Positions 57,040 to 64,000 of a stretch of DNA of 64,000 bases are shown piece after piece (positions within the stretch are counted from its first letter, which is position 1; every line of letters begins with the position of its first letter). Below the pieces are notes generated by a model that did no database searches, was not told the DNA's origin, and saw only the letters and a program-made list of their open reading frames with translations. The position numbers were made by a program, and so were the translations under genes. Location of the stretch: positions 1 through 64,000 of the IMG/VR virus record IMGVR_UViG_3300009001_000010, one strand, 5' to 3'. The DNA comes from an uncultured virus (IMG/VR IMGVR_UViG_3300009001_000010) (taxonomy: Duplodnaviria > Heunggongvirae > Uroviricota > Caudoviricetes).

Positions 57040-57945
57040 ATGAAAAAATTAATTACTTATAATTTAAATTCATCTAAAAAACACGGTTGGACTCCAGAGT
57101 GGTTTGGAGCAGATTCTTTTGACGAGTCTTTAATTAAAAAAATTAAAGAATTTCAAAAAGAATATCAACTAGAAAGTGATGGCCTTGTAGGACCTTCAAC
57201 TTTAAGAAGACTTGAAACAAAACTTCTTGAAGAAGAAAGTTATAGTATCAAAAACAAACGTTTTAAAAATGAAGATAAATATATTGTATATAATAATAAA
57301 AAGTTTCCCATTGCGTGGAATAAAGTAATACTTTGGGATGAATCCAGAGGATTAAAAGCTAAAGAGGGATGCTATTATGATTGGTCAGGAAGACCTGATA
57401 GAAAACCTATTCAATTTGTAAACCATTGGGACGCAACATTATCTAGCGAAGCTTGCGCTAAGATTATTAATAAGAGAGGCTTATCTATGCATTTCTTAAT
57501 TGATAATGATGGAACTATATATCAGATGCTAGACATCCAACATGTGGCTTGGCAAGCTGGATCTAAATTGTGGAATACTAATGGTATTGGAGTAGAAATT
57601 AGTAATGCTTTTTACACTAAATATCAGAACTGGTATGTAAAAAATGGTTTTGGTGAAAGACCAATTGTTACTTCTGAAGTAAATAGTAAAAAAGTAGGAC
57701 CGCACTTAGATTTCTATCCAGTACAACTGCAAGCGCTAGCTGCTTTATGGGCAGCCATTGCAGATTCAACAGGAATGAATTTAGAAGTATGTAATACTAA
57801 AGGGGTAGATGAAGATTGCAGAACAATGAAATTTAATGGTTTTGTAAACCATTATAATTTAACTGCTAATAAAATTGATTGCGCATCTTTAAATATGGAA
57901 AAAATATTAAAGATGGCAAAAGATTTCAGTCAGCAGAATTGTTAG
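57040..57945 (+). CDS. Endolysin: peptidoglycan-binding domain + N-acetylmuramoyl-L-alanine amidase (Amidase_2)
   Basis: IKEFQ...L..DGLVGPST PG-binding motif; VNHW, SMHFLI..DG.I.Q, AWQAG, IGVEI, QLQAL, H...K.DC. Confidence 0.85.
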   Translation: MKKLITYNLNSSKKHGWTPEWFGADSFDESLIKKIKEFQKEYQLESDGLVGPSTLRRLETKLLEEESYSIKNKRFKNEDKYIVYNNKKFPIAWNKVILWDESRGLKAKEGCYYDWSGRPDRKPIQFVNHWDATLSSEACAKIINKRGLSMHFLIDNDGTIYQMLDIQHVAWQAGSKLWNTNGIGVEISNAFYTKYQNWYVKNGFGERPIVTSEVNSKKVGPHLDFYPVQLQALAALWAAIADSTGMNLEVCNTKGVDEDCRTMKFNGFVNHYNLTANKIDCASLNMEKILKMAKDFSQQNC

Positions 57946-58288
57946 GCCTTCTAATTAAAGAAATATCATCTACAACAACTTCAAAAGCATTAAAATAAAT
58001 TCCTTCTTTTTGAATACTTCGAGTACGTAAATGGCCGACAAGTCGAACTTTGTCACCTTTTTTAAAATTACTGCAAATCATTTCAGCTTTATTAGCCCAA
58101 GCTACAACTGGAATTTTAGAAGTTCTTTTTTTGTAAGTAGATTCTTCTGAGTCTACTTTGCTTTTATAATTACTATCTACATATAAATTAAAATTAGTAA
58201 CAGCTTTTTGATTATCAAAAGTATGTCGAAGCTCAGGGTCACAACTAATGTTACCTTCACCAATCCATTGATTCATATTACGTGACAT
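57926..58288 (-). CDS. ssb: Single-stranded DNA-binding protein (OB fold)
   Basis: N...GNI..DPELR, VVAW..KAE, KKGDKV.L.G.LRTR; start MSRN at 58288; no acidic tail. Confidence 0.85.
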   Translation of the reverse strand: MSRNMNQWIGEGNISCDPELRHTFDNQKAVTNFNLYVDSNYKSKVDSEESTYKKRTSKIPVVAWANKAEMICSNFKKGDKVRLVGHLRTRSIQKEGIYFNAFEVVVDDISLIRRPNNSAD

Positions 58289-58298
58289 AAAAAGTTCC

Positions 58299-59120
58299 TT
58301 ACAAAGATTGTAATGTTTTAATAAAGTTTTGTTTTTCTTGAATATCAAGAGATTTAAAATAACTTAAAGCTAAAGATGATTTCTTTTCATCTTTTGCTAA
58401 ATTATATAATGAGAAAGTTAAAGGCCAAACTTCAGCAGCTAATTCTTTACAAGCAATAGCTAAGTCTTGTATTTCTTCTTGAGCGCCTTCATGTATTCTT
58501 AAATCGCAAAATTTAAAAAAATTATTTAGGTTAACAGTAGCCCAATAGTGAGTATATAAATTTTGAGGAAGAACCATGCGAGCTTGCTCTCTAGCTACTC
58601 CAGCATCAATCATCTGATTATACAATTGTAAAGAATTACTAACATGATCTTGTAAAGCTTTGTCTGCTTTACAATCATAATTCATAGTAGTTCCTTCGAT
58701 AATATGCAAAACAGGATTGTGCTCAGATCCACTGATACTAGCTTGTCTATTAGACTTAGATTGCTGGCGAAAATTAACAGGCATATAAAAATCTAAATCT
58801 TTATCAGTATATCGCCTGCTTATTTCATTATAAGACCAAGTTCTATGCCTCATATGTTGTCTAGCAACAAATAAAGGCGTCTTGATGGCAAAAGTTAAAG
58901 TGTTATGCTCAAGTATAGAAGTATGACCTTCTCTAACGCAGTATTTATAAAGTTTTTTATCTCTTTCAGTAAGAGAGTCGACCTCGACACCAAAAGACGC
59001 TCTAGCAGCATTTACGGGTGTAATAACATCATCACCCATATAATTAACTAGCTCAACGTAACCAGTATTAGTAGGTGAGTTTTTTTGATATAAAATTTTT
59101 GTTAATTTATATTCATTCAA
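58299..59120 (-). CDS. thyX: FAD-dependent thymidylate synthase
   Basis: AARASF, GHTSILEH, PLFVARQHMRHRTWSYNEISRRY, EQARMVLP, AQEEI. Confidence 0.95.
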   Translation of the reverse strand: MNEYKLTKILYQKNSPTNTGYVELVNYMGDDVITPVNAARASFGVEVDSLTERDKKLYKYCVREGHTSILEHNTLTFAIKTPLFVARQHMRHRTWSYNEISRRYTDKDLDFYMPVNFRQQSKSNRQASISGSEHNPVLHIIEGTTMNYDCKADKALQDHVSNSLQLYNQMIDAGVAREQARMVLPQNLYTHYWATVNLNNFFKFCDLRIHEGAQEEIQDLAIACKELAAEVWPLTFSLYNLAKDEKKSSLALSYFKSLDIQEKQNFIKTLQSL

Positions 59121-59446
59121 AACTGTATACCATCTTCATTAAGAGAAGTTTGTTGAGAATTGTTACGAAGATTTTCTAATTCAGAATATTGGCAAAAAGC
59201 AATAATGATTAAATCATAATAATATTTTTGCAATTTTTTTAAAAATTCTTCTTTTTGATTGGATTTTAAAGTATTTGCAAATTCGCTAGAATAATAATAA
59301 AATTCAGAATCAGAAATGTGAGTTAAAATATTTTGAATTGCTTTTAATAAATCCTGAGGATTATAATGAGGTTCGGAATAATATTTAATAAGATAATTTG
59401 ATTTCAAATTATCTTTCAAAAATTCATTTTGATTAGATGTAAACAT
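59117..59446 (-). CDS. Hypothetical protein
   Basis: 109-aa ORF in operon. Confidence 0.45.
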   Translation of the reverse strand: MFTSNQNEFLKDNLKSNYLIKYYSEPHYNPQDLLKAIQNILTHISDSEFYYYSSEFANTLKSNQKEEFLKKLQKYYYDLIIIAFCQYSELENLRNNSQQTSLNEDGIQF

Positions 59447-59451
59447 AGTAA

Positions 59452-60177
59452 TTAAACCTCTGAAAGGTCTTGCGGCTCTGGGCTTGGTTGATTAGTCTCT
59501 TCTGTAGAATCTGAAGTTAATTTAATATTTTTAATTAAATCAGAATTTAAATGATTGGGAGTATTAACAACTTCATTTGCATCTACGTTATAACTTGGAG
59601 GATTCGGGCCAGAAGACAAAAATAAAACTGTTTCTCCGAGAGGAGATTCTTTAATTAAAGTACACCCTCTAACGGCTTTATTTGGACCAGTTCTATTTGG
59701 CCAATTAAAACTATTAACCATATTGATAAACTCTGAAATAAAAGTATTATTTGCTAAATGTTTATCAAAGTCTTCAAAAACTGCTGTTTCTAAACTAACA
59801 GTATTTTCTTTTTTATTAAACTCAATTTTAACTTCTGGAGTTGCCAGAGTTAAAGTCCTATTATTAAAGCTTTGAAAATGATTTTTCTTGGGCTTGTAAA
59901 TTTTAGTATTAGTTTTTGTCATTGATGTTTCAATTAAAAACTTTCTAAAAGCTGTAACTTCGTTTTCAGAAAAATAAACATTTAATGCTGTAAGGAAAGC
60001 ATTGTAATTTAAATTTTTATTTTCTAAATAAAAATTAGTAGCCTCAGTATAAGCAACATCAATTTCTTGATTAAAATAATTTAAAATAGTGCTGTATACA
60101 TATTTCCAGTCCCCCATAGGAACTGTTAAAGATCCATAAATCTTACTCATTTGTTTTCCTGTAATATGATTTTGCAA
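59452..60177 (-). CDS. Hypothetical protein
   Basis: 241-aa ORF; start uncertain (TTG at 60177 or MSKIY). Confidence 0.5.
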   Translation of the reverse strand: MQNHITGKQMSKIYGSLTVPMGDWKYVYSTILNYFNQEIDVAYTEATNFYLENKNLNYNAFLTALNVYFSENEVTAFRKFLIETSMTKTNTKIYKPKKNHFQSFNNRTLTLATPEVKIEFNKKENTVSLETAVFEDFDKHLANNTFISEFINMVNSFNWPNRTGPNKAVRGCTLIKESPLGETVLFLSSGPNPPSYNVDANEVVNTPNHLNSDLIKNIKLTSDSTEETNQPSPEPQDLSEV

Positions 60178-60304
60178 TAAGAATATTTAAATCCATATGC
60201 ATGAATTTTAGGTTTAAGACAAATATATTTATATTTTTTTTTGCTAGAAGGAAATAGAAAAAAGAAAATAAACATAAAAAATATTAATAATAAAGAAAAA
60301 TAGT

Positions 60305-60805
60305 TCAAAGAGAATTCTCTAAATCTAAATAGTATTTTTGAAATACTTTAGCATTATGAAGTATTTTTTTAGAATACAAAGGGTAATTGCATTTAACTCC
60401 TGTAGAATAGCATTGCAAAGCTTTTTCAATATTAGGAATTTTTAAAAATTCATATTTATATTTTTGCAAAACATATGCTCCAGCTTCTATAGCTAAATCT
60501 GGGGCACCTAAAAGAAAATCGCATTCTTGACCCAAATAACGAGGAATGACTTGCGTTAAACCACAAGCCCCTACGCTACTTGTTAAATTAGAAATCCATC
60601 TAGATTCTTGATAAATTAAAGCTGCTAAAATAAAAGGATTAATTTTATTTTCTTCTGCAGATAAAACAAGATCTTCTGAATATTTACAAAAATTAATTAA
60701 ACCTTCAGATTTAATATTTATTTTGTGATCTAAATGCACATTGTAAAAAGATACGCAAAGTATAGCTGAATTAATCTTTGCTAAAAATAAACTCGTCAGA
60801 CTCAT
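60305..60805 (-). CDS. Lytic transglycosylase (SLT domain)
   Basis: ALIYQESRW, SSVGACGLTQV, GAYVL, AL..Y. Confidence 0.85.
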   Translation of the reverse strand: MSLTSLFLAKINSAILCVSFYNVHLDHKINIKSEGLINFCKYSEDLVLSAEENKINPFILAALIYQESRWISNLTSSVGACGLTQVIPRYLGQECDFLLGAPDLAIEAGAYVLQKYKYEFLKIPNIEKALQCYSTGVKCNYPLYSKKILHNAKVFQKYYLDLENSL

Positions 60806-61004
60806 AATGTAATAAAGATTCTTCGTCTTCTAATAAAAGAGTTGTATCTTGGTCTTCAAGTAAACCTACATACTTATAATCAAAATAAAGAGAGCCTTCA
60901 TTAAAATCTATAGTAATTTTAGATTCTCTCATAAGAGTATTAAGATCGTTTAAAAAAGTATTTATTCTTTTTTTATATTCATTACTGTAATTATAACAAC
61001 TCAT
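60771..61004 (-). CDS. Hypothetical protein
   Basis: 77-aa ORF. Confidence 0.4.
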   Translation of the reverse strand: MSCYNYSNEYKKRINTFLNDLNTLMRESKITIDFNEGSLYFDYKYVGLLEDQDTTLLLEDEESLLHYESDEFIFSKD

Positions 61005-61017
61005 TTATATAAATATC

Positions 61018-61671
61018 CTATCTTTTCCAAGGGTTTTGTTGAGTATAAAAATTACTTTTAGAATTTTCAAGGTTTTTACCTACATTATAAGTATAATAAT
61101 TATAAGAACCTCTTTCATTTAAAGCTTTTCTAAAAGTAATGCTATATCTAATTTGTTCAAAATTATCAATTTTAGGAACACTGTGCTGATAATCTTTTTG
61201 ACAATTATTTTGCATAATAAATAAATCGCCATGAGAAAGATTCCAAGATTGAGTTTGTTTAGTTTCTTTATTCTTTAAACAAAAAGGTCTAGAAGCTCCT
61301 AAAGTTAAAGAAGGTATCATAGGGTTTTTACCTAAAAAGATTTCATCATCAGAATGGTATGCAATAGAATCTTTACCGTTTCTATACTTTGCAAAAAGCA
61401 TAAAATTAAATTCTTGTTTTGCAAAATCTTGAATCAATAATTTTAATTCAACAAGTTTATCTGGGATCGGAGAGGGTTTTATATTATTGACTGGATAATA
61501 TAAATTATTGTGAAAACCTGCACACCAAGTTTCTCTAGGAGTTTGAACGTAACCTCTTTCAGGTTTAAAATATCTTACTTGACGCCAAGGAATTTCATTT
61601 TCTAAATAACTTAATAAATAATCAGCCTCGTTCTTATAAAGAAACTGAGGGTGATACTGGTAATGACTCAT
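61018..61671 (-). CDS. AlkB-family 2OG-Fe(II) dioxygenase
   Basis: PR...W, YRNGKDSIAYHSDDE (HxD), SLTLGASR.F, HSVPK, RYSITFR; start MSHY at 61671. Confidence 0.9.
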   Translation of the reverse strand: MSHYQYHPQFLYKNEADYLLSYLENEIPWRQVRYFKPERGYVQTPRETWCAGFHNNLYYPVNNIKPSPIPDKLVELKLLIQDFAKQEFNFMLFAKYRNGKDSIAYHSDDEIFLGKNPMIPSLTLGASRPFCLKNKETKQTQSWNLSHGDLFIMQNNCQKDYQHSVPKIDNFEQIRYSITFRKALNERGSYNYYTYNVGKNLENSKSNFYTQQNPWKR

Positions 61672-61945
61672 TTTTCTTCTTTTCTCTCCAGCGACGTTTA
61701 CGTTGTCTAGCAGCGCAACGATCACTGCAATACTTAGAATCTTTATGTACTTTTTTTAAATTAGTACATTCGACTACTTCACAAAAAATAGTAGAGGGTG
61801 GAGGTTTAACACCTTTGCAATTATACCTCCAGCATCTTTTAGCAGAAGCTGGTTGTATTGCTCTATTACCCATTCGAATAGGGCATTGCCAAAGTAATTC
61901 GCCAGTTTTTGGGTCATTAAAGTAACTTACGGAACATTTAGACAT
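61634..61945 (-). CDS. Cys-rich Zn-finger protein
   Basis: C...EC...KYCSDRC..R.R treble-clef-like motif plus additional Cys. Confidence 0.55.
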   Translation of the reverse strand: MSKCSVSYFNDPKTGELLWQCPIRMGNRAIQPASAKRCWRYNCKGVKPPPSTIFCEVVECTNLKKVHKDSKYCSDRCAARQRKRRWREKKKNESLPVSPSVSL

Positions 61946-62092
61946 AATTAACCTTACTTATTATAATTAGGATTGATTATCATTGAATCAAATTCAAGGA
62001 CTTCCATATCGTAACTAAAATCATTTAATTCATAATCACAATATATAATAAAAGAAGGAACCTTAAAATCTTCTTCAGTTACATACTGTGAT

Positions 62093-62305
62093 TCACAAGC
62101 TGTTACAAACCAAAAGTTGAATAAAATCAACAAAATCGGCTTGTAAACTATTAATAAGTTTTGAATCGGGTTCATATTCCTCATCTAGGGATTCATCTTC
62201 AGGGTTGCAAGAACAGTAGTTTTCAGATTGATGATAAAGTTTACCGCAATCTGGACAGTTAGAATAGTAGAGATGCCAATCATCAGGTACGTTAGAAGGA
62301 AACAT
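62093..62305 (-). CDS. Small Zn-ribbon protein
   Basis: CPDCG...H....CSC. Confidence 0.45.
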   Translation of the reverse strand: MFPSNVPDDWHLYYSNCPDCGKLYHQSENYCSCNPEDESLDEEYEPDSKLINSLQADFVDFIQLLVCNSL

Positions 62306-62307
62306 TC

Positions 62308-62547
62308 TTACCCTTTTAAATTGTTAACAAAAGTATAAGTAATAGGATCTAAAGAATTTATTTCTTTCCAAAAAATTAAACTTTCTTCATAAGAATCAAA
62401 ATAAATTTTTTTAGTATAAGAATCAGAATCTTGAATAAAAATTTCAAAACCTTTTTTTAAATGCTCAAAAGAAAGATAAATTTTATTATCTGAAAAAAGT
62501 TTCCAATTATCATCAATTGCAGCGTCTTTTAAAACTCTAATTTTCAT
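62308..62547 (-). CDS. Hypothetical protein
   Basis: 79-aa ORF. Confidence 0.4.
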   Translation of the reverse strand: MKIRVLKDAAIDDNWKLFSDNKIYLSFEHLKKGFEIFIQDSDSYTKKIYFDSYEESLIFWKEINSLDPITYTFVNNLKG

Positions 62548-62788
62548 CTTTATCCTTATCTAATAAATCTTTAGAAAGATTAGTATATTTATCTAAAGCG
62601 GCTTGACCAAGAATATAACCTACTTGAATAAAACCACTTACAATTAAAAGCGTTATAATTACAGAAAAACTATAATGATCAAACTTACTTTTTGATTGAT
62701 AAAGAATATAAAACAAACTTAGTTTCCATCCTAAATCAGCAATCAAATAAGCTATAAATTTTTTAGATTGTAAAGGTTTTTTATCCAT
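62537..62788 (-). CDS. Two-TM membrane protein (holin-like)
   Basis: SKKFIAYLIA... and second TM ending YILGQAALD. Confidence 0.5.
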   Translation of the reverse strand: MDKKPLQSKKFIAYLIADLGWKLSLFYILYQSKSKFDHYSFSVIITLLIVSGFIQVGYILGQAALDKYTNLSKDLLDKDKDEN

Positions 62789-63260
62789 TGTAATTGTCTC
62801 TATCTGTAGGAAGCCACTCTTCTACATGTTTATCAAGTACAACTTGAGATTCACTTTTTGTTCTGATTGGATTTTCATTAACAAATAATGAAAGTTTATT
62901 AATGACAGCATTTTGAAGTTCAAAAATTTGCTCTCTAAGAAGCTGCATTTGTATTTGACTATCTCTAAGTCTAGCAATTAAAGCTTGTCTATCAGCATTA
63001 GCTGACGAAAGCTTATCTTTTAATTCTTCAACTTCGCTAGGATCTCTGCCACTAGCAATTGCTAGCATAGAGCTTATAGCGCCAGTAATCATACCAATTA
63101 AACCAACTAAAACATCTCTATTCTTTTCTTGTATTTCAACAAAAGAAAGAAACATTATTAAAGCTACAACAAGTATCATAAAAAATACAGAGAACCACCA
63201 ACCTCTTTTAGCTTTGTCTATCTGTATATCTTGTTTATTTGTATTTTTTTCTAATTTCAT
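62781..63260 (-). CDS. Two-TM membrane protein with coiled-coil tail
   Basis: WWFSVFFMILVVALIMFLSF and VLVGLIGMITGAISSMLAI, then heptads. Confidence 0.55.
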   Translation of the reverse strand: MKLEKNTNKQDIQIDKAKRGWWFSVFFMILVVALIMFLSFVEIQEKNRDVLVGLIGMITGAISSMLAIASGRDPSEVEELKDKLSSANADRQALIARLRDSQIQMQLLREQIFELQNAVINKLSLFVNENPIRTKSESQVVLDKHVEEWLPTDRDNYNG

Positions 63261-64000
63261 AATAAACCTTTTAAATATATTAATAAATTTCTTATATACT
63301 CAAAAGGTTTAAAAATTAAATAATCTAAATTCCAAGCTTTTTTATAATAAGGAGAAGAAAGGAATGGATATAAAATATACAAAATATAAAAAAGAAAAAT
63401 AAAACATGATTTCCAATAAAAGAATTCAATAAGCTCTTTTATTTTTTTATGTTTGAGTTGAGTTCTTATTTTATTTTTACCACCTAATCTTTTTGCTTTT
63501 TCAGAATCAAGAGGAGGTTGCAAGTGAGATTCTTCTGTACCTAAAGCATAAATTTTTTCTGGATTAGCAACACCTTTAAACTTATATAAACCGACTAAAG
63601 CGGATAAAGCATCTTTAGGTATGTAATTTGAATTAGAAAGTCTTGATTTAAATTTTAAATAAGCTTTTTCTGAAAGTAAAATTTGATCTGGACCGCACAA
63701 AGACATTGTCCTCGCAGCAATATTTTTACCTATTCCTTCAATGTTAATCCTTTTTACGCCACCACGAACAAGCTTTTCAGAAGTTTTAACAATAATCATA
63801 TTGTCATAATGTATGCCTACTCTGCTTTTGAAAGGAAATCTATATTTCTTTAATTTTGTTTTATAAGCAAAAGCAAAACCAATAGCATCTTGTATTGAGT
63901 TAAAATACATTAAATGGCCATCTGAATTATCTACCCAAGTACCATTAAATCTTCCAATTAAACCCATAACAAATCTGTCATGTTGACTAAATTTGATTGC
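63257..64000 (-). CDS. Class III nucleotidyl (adenylate/guanylate-type) cyclase with C-terminal TM helix, 5'-partial
   Basis: Frame open to window edge; SDGHLMYF, RVGIH, G..NIAAR.MSL...QILLSE, GLYKFKGV; hydrophobic C-terminus. Confidence 0.8.
   Translation of the reverse strand, partial: AIKFSQHDRFVMGLIGRFNGTWVDNSDGHLMYFNSIQDAIGFAFAYKTKLKKYRFPFKSRVGIHYDNMIIVKTSEKLVRGGVKRINIEGIGKNIAARTMSLCGPDQILLSEKAYLKFKSRLSNSNYIPKDALSALVGLYKFKGVANPEKIYALGTEESHLQPPLDSEKAKRLGGKNKIRTQLKHKKIKELIEFFYWKSCFIFLFYILYILYPFLSSPYYKKAWNLDYLIFKPFEYIRNLLIYLKGLL

Noticed and set aside
61954..62184. 76-aa lipoprotein-like ORF
   Set aside because: Overlaps the upstream Zn-ribbon ORF by about 90 bp and the start is uncertain; may be real but not supportable from sequence alone
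1..64000. Stop-codon reassignment, tRNA or rRNA genes
   Set aside because: Conserved genes are full length in code 11 and some end in TAG or TGA; intergenic gaps are short and I saw no cloverleaf or rRNA-like sequence

Overview
Strongly AT-rich, gene-dense segment of a large (jumbo-like) dsDNA bacteriophage genome, standard genetic code. 1-13.4 kb (+): a run of large putative virion proteins. 13.5-64 kb (almost all - strand): replication, recombination and nucleotide-metabolism genes (primase-helicase, DnaE, RecA, SSB, NrdAB, ThyX, IMPDH/GMPR, PhoH, MazG-like, AlkB, several PD-(D/E)XK nucleases), lysis-type enzymes and a class III cyclase. Highlights: (1) an apparently complete phage-encoded ubiquitin-like conjugation operon (E2-like, JAB/MPN protease, E1/ThiF, Hc1-like protein and three near Lys-free Ubl domains, one a tandem di-Ubl precursor), preceded by a nucleotidyltransferase and a protease-less Lon AAA+ ATPase ending in an IGF motif, with a ClpP-like peptidase elsewhere in the window; (2) a DnaE polymerase in three genes: one break with no intein at the palm, one bridged by a cyanobacterial-type split intein whose halves are separated by an 8.4 kb fibre/collagen gene cassette; (3) recA interrupted by a 941-nt group I intron carrying a Vsr/EDxHD-type homing endonuclease; (4) a protein resembling plant Whirly ssDNA-binding proteins. 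All functional calls come from motif recognition by eye; no database searches were run.
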